Shown one piece after another: positions 55,265 through 64,000 of a stretch of DNA of 64,000 nt. A model generated the notes under the pieces. It was given only the letters and a program-made list of their open reading frames with translations. It did no database searches and was not told the origin of the DNA. Numbering within the stretch: position 1 is the first letter of the stretch; each line of letters begins with the position of its first letter. The stretch is from an uncultured archaeon (GTDB lineage: Archaea > Nanobdellota > Nanobdellia > Woesearchaeales > CAIVOO01): the NCBI GenBank assembly GCA_903904885.1, contig CAIVED010000021.1:17456-81455 (forward strand). Reading direction: 5' to 3'. A program made the translations under genes and the position numbers.

Positions 55265-56971
55265 ATGCAAAGGAAGTCGCAGATAGCGGTTTTTGCCATA
55301 ATAGGGATAGTTATTATTGCATCCTTCCTGCTCTATGGCGCCTATTCTTCAGGTTTCCTCAGCACGAAATCCTCAGGAGCATTTGATTCTTCCTATAATT
55401 CATTCTCCCTTTATGCAACAGAGTGCTTCAGGGCTGTTTCAAAGGATGCTCTTGAGAAATTCGGCCCTGACAGGGGGCTCCTGCAGCAGTATCTTAAGGT
55501 TCAGGGTGTTGACTGCCTGAACCAGTCTCTTTTCAGCGGGATTAACCTAGAAATCTCCCTGCCGCTTTCTGTCGAACTTGTTGAAAGAGATAAGGACTAC
55601 AACATAAAAATACTACTCAAGACAAGGGTCTACAGGGACAATTTTGAAAGGACAATAGACAAGTTTGAGTTCACCCTCAAGAAGTCCGAGATTAACATAT
55701 CCCTGCAGAGAAATGTTTCCATCGGCATTGAGGATTTCTCGTTCATACAGCCGAACGAAACAAAAAAACAGCCATTTGTTGGGGGGGAGATAATTGTCCA
55801 TTACAACGCAACCCCTCCTGATGATTCATCCTACAGCAGCGCACTTAGCGCACTTCATATAACTGCACGGGAGCCATTGTACGACCTTTCACTTCTTGGC
55901 ACAGAGGACAGCGAGACCAGAGACATTGTCAAAGGATTAGTTTCCGATGAAAAGATGAAATTCAACGAGTCGCTCATATCCTATGACAAGCTCAGGGAGG
56001 AATTGCTCAGATTCAGCTTCATCGGCGAAGTCAGCAGGAATATTGTTTCCTATCCCGGCCAGAAAAGATTTATTATGGGGTTTAATGCTGTTTCAGACAA
56101 GTTTTACAGGTACCAGTGGTACCTCAAAAACACAGGCCAGTTTTTTGGCATAGCCGGAAGCGACATATCAATTGAGAATGCATGGAATATCACCAGGGGA
56201 AATGAAAGCACTGTGATTGCGGTCATAGACCAGGGCATTTCCCCAAACCCTGACCTGGCAGGCAATATAATCTACAGCAAGAGCTATAATTTTGTCGGGA
56301 AAAACACCAACATAACCCCTTCAACCATTTGGGAATACCACGGAACCCATGTGGCAGGGATAATAGCATCCGAAGCAAACAACTCAAGGGGAATTGCGGG
56401 CGTATGCCCTAAATGCAGGATAATCAACATGAGGATAATGGACGGGGACGGCTATGCAGATTCGAAGACGCTTATGAACGCGGTCCTTAAAAGTGTTGCA
56501 GCAGGCGCAAAAATAGTAAGCATGAGCCTGGGAAGCACCGAGCGTTCCGACTATGAGGAGCTAATATTCAGCCAGCTTTCGCAGAAGGGAATAATATTTG
56601 TGGCTGCCGCAGGCAATGACGGGACAGATGAGAAAAACTACCCTGCAGCCTACAAAGGGGTTATAGCAGTTGCTGCAACAGACAATGCAGACAGCCTTTC
56701 ATATTTCTCCAACTACGGCAGCTGGGTTGACATATCCGCGCCGGGAGAATTCATACTGAGCGCCTGCGGTGCAAATGCTTACTGCTTCCTTTCAGGCACA
56801 TCAATGGCAACGCCTGTTGTTTCAGGGGTCATCGGCCTTATGAAATCAATAAATTCTTCGCTCACCCCTGCCCAGGCAGAGAGCGCGCTCAAGCAAACAG
56901 CAGACCCAATCAAAGGCAGCAACATAAGAATTAACGCTGCCAAAGCCCTTGCCTATGTTTCGGGCAGATAG
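55265..56971 (+). CDS. Subtilisin-like (S8) serine protease, membrane-anchored/secreted
   Basis: N-terminal TM. The catalytic triad contexts are AVIDQGIS (Asp), HGTHVAGIIAS (His) and GTSMATPVVSG (Ser). Confidence 0.85.
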   Translation: MQRKSQIAVFAIIGIVIIASFLLYGAYSSGFLSTKSSGAFDSSYNSFSLYATECFRAVSKDALEKFGPDRGLLQQYLKVQGVDCLNQSLFSGINLEISLPLSVELVERDKDYNIKILLKTRVYRDNFERTIDKFEFTLKKSEINISLQRNVSIGIEDFSFIQPNETKKQPFVGGEIIVHYNATPPDDSSYSSALSALHITAREPLYDLSLLGTEDSETRDIVKGLVSDEKMKFNESLISYDKLREELLRFSFIGEVSRNIVSYPGQKRFIMGFNAVSDKFYRYQWYLKNTGQFFGIAGSDISIENAWNITRGNESTVIAVIDQGISPNPDLAGNIIYSKSYNFVGKNTNITPSTIWEYHGTHVAGIIASEANNSRGIAGVCPKCRIINMRIMDGDGYADSKTLMNAVLKSVAAGAKIVSMSLGSTERSDYEELIFSQLSQKGIIFVAAAGNDGTDEKNYPAAYKGVIAVAATDNADSLSYFSNYGSWVDISAPGEFILSACGANAYCFLSGTSMATPVVSGVIGLMKSINSSLTPAQAESALKQTADPIKGSNIRINAAKALAYVSGR

Positions 56972-56994
56972 GATAAACTATTTAAATACCAATA

Positions 56995-58449
56995 ATGGTC
57001 TATTCTGGTAAAATGCCAATAACAATAGATGAGATGGCCGCATTCTGCAAGAGGAAGGGCTTTGTTTTCAGGAGTTCGGATATCTACGGCGGATTTGCCG
57101 GGTTTTGGGATTTTGGGCCATTGGGAGTTGAGCTATTCAACAACATAAAGCAGGATTTCTGGAAATATTTTGTTCACCAAAAAGAAAACATGGTTGGAAT
57201 TGAGGCAAGCATTATCTCACACCCAAGAACATGGAAGGCATCAGGCCACATCGCAAGCTTTGCGGATGTCGCAGTTGTCTGCAAGAAATGCAAGAAAGCA
57301 ACAAAAATAGACAAATCAGAAGTAGGAAATGTAAAATGTGATTGCGGTGGGGAATATGAAATCAAGGGCGAATTCAATCTATTATTCAAAACAAAAGTGG
57401 GCGCTTTAGATTCTGAAGATGCATATTTGAGGGGAGAAACCGCCCAGGGAATGTTCATGGATTTCAAATTAGTCAACGAGACATCAAGATTGAAACTTCC
57501 ATTCGGGATTGCTCAAATAGGAAGATGCTTCAGGAATGAAATCGCGCCCAGGGATTTTCTTTTCAGGAGCAGGGAGTTCAATATAGGAGAATTCGAGTTT
57601 TTCATACATCCTGATGAAAAGAAATGCAGTTTGCTGACAAAAACTCATCTCAGTCTAAAATTAAAACTTCTGGATGCCCAGACACAGGAAAAAGGCAAAG
57701 ACACTTTGATAGAAACAACAATAGGCAAGATGCTGGAAGCAAAAAAGCTTGAGGAGTGGCATGCATATTGGCTTGCAGAGCAGTTGCTTTGGTTCAATTC
57801 TTTGGGGCTTACAAAAATAAAGGTAAGGGAGCACATGAAAAGCGAATTGTCCCATTACTCATCAGCGACATTTGATCTGGACTATGAGTATCCTTTCGGA
57901 AGCAAGGAGGTTGCGGGAAATGCAAACCGCGGCCAGTATGATTTAACCCAGCACATCAAGGAGAGCGGCCAGAAAATGGAGGTCTTTGACGAGGAAACAA
58001 AGAAAAATGTAATACCAAAAGTAATAGAGCCGACATTCGGAATGGAAAGAGTATTCCTGGCAGTCCTTGTTGAAGCCTATGAGTATGACAAAAAAAGGGA
58101 AAATATAGTCCTTAAACTATTGCCGAAACTTGCTCCTGTAAAGGTTGCAGTTTTCCCGCTGCTTTCAAACAAGCCGGAGATTGTCAAAAAGGCAAGGGAA
58201 GTTTTTGATGCATTAAAAACAGAGTTCACATCCCAATTAGACATTTCAGGAAGCATCGGCAGGAGATACGCCCGCCAGGATGAAATCGGAACGCCATACT
58301 GCATAACCATTGATTTTGACTCTTTAGAGAAAGATGATGTCACAATAAGGGACAGGGACTCTACAGACCAGAAGAGAATAAAAATCGTTAAAATAGCTGA
58401 AATTTTGGAAAAGCTTTTAAAAGGCAAAACAGAGTTTAAGGATTTATGA
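56995..58449 (+). CDS. glyS: Glycyl-tRNA synthetase (archaeal/eukaryal alpha2 type)
   Basis: MAAFCKRKGFVFRSSDIYGGFAGFWDFGPLGVEL is the class II GlyRS N-terminus. 484 aa with a C-terminal anticodon-binding domain. Confidence 0.85.
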   Translation: MVYSGKMPITIDEMAAFCKRKGFVFRSSDIYGGFAGFWDFGPLGVELFNNIKQDFWKYFVHQKENMVGIEASIISHPRTWKASGHIASFADVAVVCKKCKKATKIDKSEVGNVKCDCGGEYEIKGEFNLLFKTKVGALDSEDAYLRGETAQGMFMDFKLVNETSRLKLPFGIAQIGRCFRNEIAPRDFLFRSREFNIGEFEFFIHPDEKKCSLLTKTHLSLKLKLLDAQTQEKGKDTLIETTIGKMLEAKKLEEWHAYWLAEQLLWFNSLGLTKIKVREHMKSELSHYSSATFDLDYEYPFGSKEVAGNANRGQYDLTQHIKESGQKMEVFDEETKKNVIPKVIEPTFGMERVFLAVLVEAYEYDKKRENIVLKLLPKLAPVKVAVFPLLSNKPEIVKKAREVFDALKTEFTSQLDISGSIGRRYARQDEIGTPYCITIDFDSLEKDDVTIRDRDSTDQKRIKIVKIAEILEKLLKGKTEFKDL

Positions 58450-59267
58450 AAGAACGGGTTTACTTCCTTATTTCTATGCTTTTCACCCTGATGATACTAG
58501 CCCTGATTGGGAATAACCATATGCCAACAGGCTATGCAACCTTCGCTTCGCCTGACCAGGTTCAGACAGCGCTGAATGTCCTGTCAACAGACGGTTCAAT
58601 GGAGCTCCTTGCAGAGGGTGTGGAGATATGCGCTGTGGTCGAAATCAGCAGCGAAACAACATACTATTACAGCATCATAAAGACCGGGCCAACAGTTGAC
58701 ATGGCAGAAGAATACTGCGCAGACCCCGGCCAGGACAATCTAATCATCAAATTCAATTCATTTGACGACCTTCTTTCAGCAAGCAAGAATCCCAAGGCGT
58801 TCATAGCAGAAAAAATGAACACAGGCTATTACATTTTTCCCTCAAACTATGTGAGCATCGGCGGAGAGTCAAGCTGCCCGGCGTCATTCCAGCAGAACTA
58901 CTGCGCAGCCTTGTACGTTGACTTCTCAAAAACCGAGATTGCAGACATGGGCCTGGCCTGCTGCGCAAACTATGAGCTGACCGCTGAACAGCAGGCAAAG
59001 GTTGATGAGGTGAAGAAAGGAAAGGCAGGTTCTCTGCAGTCACCCATGGACTTCCTTTTCAGCACAACCGGAATCATAATAATAATCATGGTGATTATTT
59101 TCATAGTGATTGTTTCCTCGCTTGTTGTCCTGAAGCCGAAAAACCCGTTGGTTGAATATGTGCATACCACAAGAATGCAGGGCTATGCAGACGAGGACAT
59201 AAAGAATTCCCTGGTTCAGTCCGGCTGGGACGAGAAGACGATTGATGATGCTCTAACTAAGAAATAA
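58446..59267 (+). CDS. Secreted single-pass membrane protein with conserved cytoplasmic tail (paralogous in architecture to the 11677-12459 gene)
   Basis: Signal peptide. The C-terminal TM is IIIIIMVIIFIVIVSSLVVL. The tail VEYVHTTRMQGYADEDIKNSLVQSGWDEKTIDDALTKK is present. Confidence 0.55.
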   Translation: MKERVYFLISMLFTLMILALIGNNHMPTGYATFASPDQVQTALNVLSTDGSMELLAEGVEICAVVEISSETTYYYSIIKTGPTVDMAEEYCADPGQDNLIIKFNSFDDLLSASKNPKAFIAEKMNTGYYIFPSNYVSIGGESSCPASFQQNYCAALYVDFSKTEIADMGLACCANYELTAEQQAKVDEVKKGKAGSLQSPMDFLFSTTGIIIIIMVIIFIVIVSSLVVLKPKNPLVEYVHTTRMQGYADEDIKNSLVQSGWDEKTIDDALTKK

Positions 59268-59270
59268 TCT

Positions 59271-59455
59271 CTTCCAACAAAATTCCGATTGCTGGTTCTT
59301 GCATTAATCTCAATGTTTATTCTGCTTCTTATGCTTGAGTGCCATGCAAGAATTATGTAATTACTTGCCGTAGGCAAGTTAAAGCAGGCCTGGCAATCGC
59401 GGCAAACATCTGAAGCAAGAAATAGAATTAAGGTCTGCCAAGAAAACGGGATATT
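59271..59455. repeat. Intergenic repeat family copy C, mini-ORF MFILLLMLECHARIM, hairpin acttgccgtaggcaagt
   Basis: Shares tccgattgctggttcttgcattaatct, gtgccatgcaagaa, ggcctggcaatcgcggc and agaaaacgggatattt with copies A and B. Confidence 0.6.
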
Positions 59456-59484
59456 TATCCAGATTCAGTAAAACCAAGAAACTA

Positions 59485-59571
59485 TCAGATATACCCCAGC
59501 CCCGCCATTATGGCAAATACCAGCACCATTGCTGCAATAAATTTTATGATTGTGCTGTATGTTTCTTCCAT
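59485..59571 (-). CDS. Possible small membrane peptide (28 aa), not in ORF track
   Basis: MEETYSTIIKFIAAMVLVFAIMAGLGYI. A ttttatatagg TATA lies ~25 nt upstream of the ATG. Short, so uncertain. Confidence 0.3.
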   Translation of the reverse strand: MEETYSTIIKFIAAMVLVFAIMAGLGYI

Positions 59572-59647
59572 GGTCTAGTAAGGTGTTTTACCTATATAAA
59601 ATCTCGCCAAAAACTATTTAAATGGCTGTTTAAAATGTTAGCCTGTC

Positions 59648-59722
59648 GGGGCGGTAGCTACAGACTGGGAGAGCGCACCGCTGAAGACGGTGAAGTCATG
59701 GGTTCAAATCCCATCCGCCCCA
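59648..59722 (+). tRNA. tRNA-Phe (anticodon GAA)
   Basis: Manual cloverleaf. Acceptor GGGGCGG/CCGCCCC. Anticodon stem CACCG/CGGTG with loop CTGAAGA. T-arm ATGGG-TTCAAAT-CCCAT. Discriminator A. CCA is not encoded. A ctatttaaatgg TATA lies ~28 nt upstream and a T7 terminator follows. Confidence 0.85.
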
Positions 59723-59724
59723 CA

Positions 59725-59731
59725 TTTTTTT
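59725..59731 (+). terminator. Poly-T archaeal terminator after tRNA-Phe
   Basis: ttttttt immediately 3' of the tRNA. Confidence 0.6.
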
Positions 59732-59739
59732 CAGAATTC

Positions 59740-61986
59740 TCAGGCAGCCTGCAGTATGTTCGCAGCTATCAGGTTGAATGTCAGTATGACAATCAGTGAA
59801 ATAACCACGTACAGCCCGACAGACCTTGTCAGATTCTTTCCAATCAGGTATTCTTCGCTGACAGTGTCTGCGCCGTTCTCAATGCCGTTGGACATTATGG
59901 TCAGGATGTAAATTATCTGCACAACGTAGAGGCCGACGATTATCTGGAAATAGTATGTGGGAATTCCGTCTCCGAAGAGGTCAACAAGCCCGGCTCCCGC
60001 ACCTCCTGTGCCTGCCCCTGCGCCTGCCGTTTGCTGTATTTTTGTCAGCTGAATGCCAAGCTTCCCGATTATTGTTGTAATCATTGAGGTTATGCCGATG
60101 ACAATGCCCGAGATTGTTGGGGTGAGAAAATTAATCTGCGAATTGATGTCGGAGCTTATGTCTGCCATAAGGTCCTTCAGCCTCTCATCAACCTTGTGGA
60201 TTTCCTTTATGTAAACTGATACATTCACCAGCGCCTGGGATGCGATCAGCGGGCCCTTCTTTGAGCTGTCAATCAGGATTTTCATTGCGCTGTCTATGGT
60301 CTTTGACGGGAACTGCAGGATTGCGCCCGCTTTCGGGTCAAATATGGCCTGTTCTATGCCCATGCCGAGCCTTCTTATGTTCACTTCAACTGCCTGGAAG
60401 AATGTCCCAGAGGATGTTCCCTCCATGACTGCGGCAACCTTTCCGAATGCTATCTCTGCAGGAATTCCGTCGCCGAGCCTGTTGCCCAGCTGGAAAAGCG
60501 CAGAGGCAAATTCATCCTCAAGCTGCTTGGCCCTTTCCCGTATGTCTATTATGTTTTTTGACCTAAGCTTGTAATAGAGCCCGACTGCTATGCCTATTCC
60601 CACGGGAATGCCAAGGCTTGCTATTGCTGCGCCGATGCCGTAGGGGCCCTTTATTTTGTTTGGGTCTTTTCTTGCTGTCCTGTAGCCCAGAAAATCGAAC
60701 TTTATCATCGCAAGCTCCTCAGTCGGGGTGCTGCTGCTTATTGTCTTGAGAATGGTCCCCCTTTTTGAGTCTTCAACCAGGGCAATGTCCCAGAGCGGGT
60801 CGCTATGGGCATAATGCAGAACTATCGGGAAGAAGGCGATTGAAAGGAACAGTGCGCCGACAATGATGCTGATTATTAAAGGGTTAATCTTTATTTCAGA
60901 ACCGCCCATTTTTATTATGACATTATGGTATTTTTTCAGCTCGGGATTCTCCTCGGTTATGTCAGTTTCCCCGTAGCCGGTGGGCCTCGTTGACAGGGTT
61001 TTTTTGATAAGGTAGTAAACACTAACGGGCAGTATGATGTTGTAGAGCATGGCAAGGTGGTACCATTCCACATTTTCCATGAAGCTTACAACAAGCGGAA
61101 GAATCACTAAACCAAGGATTGGCAGAATTATGCCAAGCATGTGAATCATTGTTATGGGAGACTTAAGGTTCTGGGCAAAATGAAGCATTTTTTCGTAGGT
61201 CTCCTCAAGGATGACAGTAAGCGCCTTGTCAAGGGTTGTCAGCCTGTTTTTTTCATTGCCCTCGAACAGCGAGGCCTCAACAAGATGGAACGATTCTATG
61301 AACTCCATGTTCCATTTCTTCCATGTCTGCAGATAATGGTCCAGGGATTCCTTTACGGACTCAAATTTCTCTGTTTCAACATCCCAGATTATTTTCTTCA
61401 TGTCCAGGGAAAGGGGCGGCGTAAGGTGGTCTGATGCGAAGTTAATGGCCCTCTCCAGGTTTGATGTATGCCTCATGTATGTTACAACGTAAAAAATGCA
61501 GAGAACCATCTGGTTGCTGGCCTTCATTCTCCAGCTGTTTGCCAGGAATTCCGGAAGCTTTGTCAGCGGGAATATCAGTACAAGGCCGCCCACAACAAAG
61601 AATGTTATGAAGAATGTGGATATCTGGCCGCCGGTTATGAACGGCACTGCGATTGTCCCGAAGACGCCCAGGAGCGCAAACAGCACCGGGAAAAGGTAGG
61701 CAAAGCTTGTTGTGCCTGCAGGGGTTACGTTCAGGTGGCAGATGCCAATCGCTTCCTGCAAAATGGGCTCTGTTTTTGCATCGGGCTTCAGCTTTATCAG
61801 TTTCTCGCTGAAATTGCATGCCTTCTCAAACAGGTTCAGCCGCGTTGGCATGAATTCCTTCTTGAATTCCTGGTATTCCTTGGTGGTTATCGGCCTGGCT
61901 TCAACAGACTCGCGCTGGCCAAGTTTTTGCTCCAGCTCTTTCTTGTATTTTGAGACAAGTTCGCCTACTGATTTTTCATCAGGCAT
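59740..61986 (-). CDS. FlaJ/TadC-like polytopic membrane protein of an archaeal type IV pilus/archaellum-like assembly system
   Basis: About 750 aa with multiple TM segments and large cytoplasmic domains. Its start overlaps the stop of the upstream secretion ATPase, giving translational coupling. The start is set at MPDEK. Confidence 0.6.
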   Translation of the reverse strand: MPDEKSVGELVSKYKKELEQKLGQRESVEARPITTKEYQEFKKEFMPTRLNLFEKACNFSEKLIKLKPDAKTEPILQEAIGICHLNVTPAGTTSFAYLFPVLFALLGVFGTIAVPFITGGQISTFFITFFVVGGLVLIFPLTKLPEFLANSWRMKASNQMVLCIFYVVTYMRHTSNLERAINFASDHLTPPLSLDMKKIIWDVETEKFESVKESLDHYLQTWKKWNMEFIESFHLVEASLFEGNEKNRLTTLDKALTVILEETYEKMLHFAQNLKSPITMIHMLGIILPILGLVILPLVVSFMENVEWYHLAMLYNIILPVSVYYLIKKTLSTRPTGYGETDITEENPELKKYHNVIIKMGGSEIKINPLIISIIVGALFLSIAFFPIVLHYAHSDPLWDIALVEDSKRGTILKTISSSTPTEELAMIKFDFLGYRTARKDPNKIKGPYGIGAAIASLGIPVGIGIAVGLYYKLRSKNIIDIRERAKQLEDEFASALFQLGNRLGDGIPAEIAFGKVAAVMEGTSSGTFFQAVEVNIRRLGMGIEQAIFDPKAGAILQFPSKTIDSAMKILIDSSKKGPLIASQALVNVSVYIKEIHKVDERLKDLMADISSDINSQINFLTPTISGIVIGITSMITTIIGKLGIQLTKIQQTAGAGAGTGGAGAGLVDLFGDGIPTYYFQIIVGLYVVQIIYILTIMSNGIENGADTVSEEYLIGKNLTRSVGLYVVISLIVILTFNLIAANILQAA

Positions 61987-63902
61987 TATAGGCCCCTCTT
62001 TTTCGCTGCGGATTTGAGCCATTCGTTCCATTCAAAGAAAATTCTTTTTGAGTCCAGCGCTCCAACCTCTTCCCTTACCTTGTCAGATATCCTGTGGAAC
62101 TGGTCGTTTGCAAGAATCACAAAGTCCGCTTCCAGCAGCTCGGGGTTTTTTGCGCTGTCAGAAATGTCAGCAATGGCTTTCTTGATGTCAGCCCTAAGCT
62201 GTATGTTTTCCCAGACAGCGTCCCAGTTTCCTGCCCATTCCCTTACGTTACCTGCGATGCCCTTCAGAATTTCAGACTCGCCGTGCACCAAATCATCCGA
62301 CGGCACAAGCATGTCTGTTCTTGAATCGTATTTCATCAGATCAGAAAAGCCGTGCTCCGCCAGGGGATCCTGCTCCCAGTGCTTCCTGACTTCAGTAATG
62401 GATGTAACCCTCCTCCAGCGGTGCATTCCGTCGGCAGACTTTATGGGATTTGCAACAATGATTACGTCAGTTGCCTTGAAGCTGGTTTTTGGAACCTGCA
62501 AATCATTTACAACCCTGTCGTAAACTCCGTAGGGCGAATCGCCGTGGATTGTTCCTGCGACCACATTCGCCAGCGCGCCGACCCTCATGGCTTCGTAGAG
62601 AGCCCTGGCCTCTGTTGAGCGGACCTCACCGACAAAAAGGGCGGAATCTCCCAACCTCAGTGTTGTCCTTATTCCCTCGTCAGCAGGAACCTCTGCGGTC
62701 CCCCTTGTAAGGGCGCTTGCAACCTTCATCTGCTGTATGTTATAGCCGAGATTTATCAAAGGTGAAACAGGAAGTTCAAGGGTGTCTTCAATTGTTATTA
62801 TCCTTGTGCTTCTCATAAGCTCAACCATTATGGATGCCAGAAGTGATGTTTTACCTGCGCTCCTTGTTCCTGCCACCAGAATTGTCCTTGCCCCGTCAAT
62901 GATGAAGCTCATCAGGCCTGCGCCGAGAGGGCTTATCATTTTTTGCTTGATGAACAACGGCAGGGTCCATGGCCTGTCTCTGTGCCTCCTGAATGCAAAG
63001 GCGTATCCCGTGGGATTCAGGGGGCCTGTTATTGCGCCGACCCTTGCCCTTGCGCCAGGAATCGAAACCTCTGTGTCAAGTATCGGGTTTGCCTCGTCGA
63101 GAGGCCTGCCCGAAAGCAATCTTAATTTTGTTGCCCAGCTTTCCGCTTCTGTCCTTGTGGCTATTATGTTGGTCTTGCAGTTGTCAAAGTCTGCATGGAC
63201 AATAAACATCGGAGCCTTTCCCATTGGGCTGTTGATTGTGACGTCCTGTATTTTCTCATCCCTCAAAAGAACCTCAACAAGCCCGAAGCCTATTGTATAC
63301 CTGACCAGAATTGCAGTAAGTTCTGCCAGCTGGTCATCTGTAAGCTTTATGTTCCTGTAATTGGCAAGCTCGTCAATCAAGTCCTTGCCCACATTGAAGA
63401 AAACCTGCCTCATCCTGTCCGGGTCGGTGAATTCCTCACGCTCGGGCTTATGCTCTGCCATTATTTTTCTTGCTGTGTCAAGAATCTCATAATGGTCTTC
63501 AGATAATTTGAACTCCGGCGGTATGAGATGGTAAAGGATATGAACCGTGTCCGGCAGCTTGAATATGCTTACCTCTGTTTCGCCGACTTCATAGCTTGCA
63601 AGCTCCTCTCCGTCAAGGGGATAGCTTGCCATCAGCTTTGTGTACATGAAATCAGGCTTTATGGACGGCCGGAATATTTTCCCGTAGATGCTCCTGTCGC
63701 TCAGCTCGTAGCCCGCAAGATAGGGCCTTGCGAGGCCTATCAGTTTTGTCTTGTCAAGAAGCGTGTGAACGTAATTAAGCAGGGCGATGTATTTTCTCTG
63801 GCCCTCAAGGTCGGCTTCCTCGATGTATTCGCCGAGCTTTATCCTCTCAAGCCGCATTACCCTCTTGAGCTCCACATAGGCCCCTATCGGGTCGCTTTTC
63901 AT
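61986..63902 (-). CDS. FlaI/VirB11/PilB-family type II/IV secretion ATPase
   Basis: Walker A is VAGTRSAGKTSLLASIM. The Asp/His box region is IEDTLE...RLGDSALFVGEVR. The reading frame stays open upstream to the window edge, so the true start may lie beyond 64000. Confidence 0.75.
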   Translation of the reverse strand: MKSDPIGAYVELKRVMRLERIKLGEYIEEADLEGQRKYIALLNYVHTLLDKTKLIGLARPYLAGYELSDRSIYGKIFRPSIKPDFMYTKLMASYPLDGEELASYEVGETEVSIFKLPDTVHILYHLIPPEFKLSEDHYEILDTARKIMAEHKPEREEFTDPDRMRQVFFNVGKDLIDELANYRNIKLTDDQLAELTAILVRYTIGFGLVEVLLRDEKIQDVTINSPMGKAPMFIVHADFDNCKTNIIATRTEAESWATKLRLLSGRPLDEANPILDTEVSIPGARARVGAITGPLNPTGYAFAFRRHRDRPWTLPLFIKQKMISPLGAGLMSFIIDGARTILVAGTRSAGKTSLLASIMVELMRSTRIITIEDTLELPVSPLINLGYNIQQMKVASALTRGTAEVPADEGIRTTLRLGDSALFVGEVRSTEARALYEAMRVGALANVVAGTIHGDSPYGVYDRVVNDLQVPKTSFKATDVIIVANPIKSADGMHRWRRVTSITEVRKHWEQDPLAEHGFSDLMKYDSRTDMLVPSDDLVHGESEILKGIAGNVREWAGNWDAVWENIQLRADIKKAIADISDSAKNPELLEADFVILANDQFHRISDKVREEVGALDSKRIFFEWNEWLKSAAKKRGL

Positions 63903-64000
63903 AAGCTTGAAAATTATTCTCTGGACATCGGCATATCTCTTGTCAAGGTCCTTGGTAAAATTGCCGAATTTCAGCGCTTCGTAGCTTAGTATTTCCTTCT

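Noticed and set aside
1-64000. CRISPR array / cas genes
   Set aside because: No regularly spaced 25-40 bp direct repeats were seen anywhere. No Cas1 or Cas2 signatures were found. The Cas4-like genes are stand-alone.

Overview
The window looks archaeal, probably from a small-genome DPANN-type lineage. Supporting signs are BRE/TATA promoters of the form (g)gtttaaata placed about 25 to 40 nt upstream of start codons, GGAGGTGA Shine-Dalgarno sequences with some TTG starts, and poly-T terminators. The gene set also fits: nop5 and fibrillarin, NucS, archaeal-type GlyRS, RFC large subunit, and a FlaI/FlaJ-like pilus ATPase with its membrane partner. GC is roughly 40%, with some AT-rich blocks.

Layout:
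(1) 0-19.5 kb is a large cell-surface locus. It has seven consecutive minus-strand genes for secreted or anchored proteins, then a giant 1,705-aa glycoprotein that is rich in N-x-S/T sequons and has LamG-like and beta-helix modules. A small HTH gene and a paired operator sit upstream of the giant gene. Two tandem Kelch-like surface paralogs follow, with nearly identical ends and divergent cores.
(2) 19.5-33 kb is housekeeping: pyrG, secDF, nop5/flpA, ValRS-like aaRS, NucS and methyltransferases.
(3) 33-54 kb is an accessory or defence island. It holds VapBC, a Bro-N/DinD-like protein, two HEPN(PF05168)-MNT pairs, an HTH-CBS regulator, RadC(JAB)+PIN, a ClpP-like protease, a complete type I R-M system (hsdRMS), two stand-alone Cas4-like Fe-S PD-(D/E)XK nucleases, two NYN RNase-like paralogs and an MBL-fold hydrolase.
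(4) 54-64 kb carries the RFC large subunit, an S8 subtilase, GlyRS, tRNA-Phe(GAA) and a FlaJ/FlaI-like pair.

Most notable beyond the gene calls:
- A GC-rich, NotI-site-containing palindromic box (ACGTSGCGGCCGCC / CACGTGGCG) sits next to near-palindromic TATA elements in at least 8 promoter regions, concentrated in the island. Two copies are identical 26-mers that directly flank a HEPN-MNT cassette.
- A roughly 190-bp intergenic repeat family occurs three times and carries a conserved CHA(R/Q) mini-ORF.
- The surface-protein tandem paralogs appear to be homogenised at their ends, consistent with gene conversion.
- A low-GC block at 41.6-50.3 kb and a high-GC single gene at 39.1-39.6 kb point to horizontal acquisition.

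No CRISPR array and no rRNA were seen.
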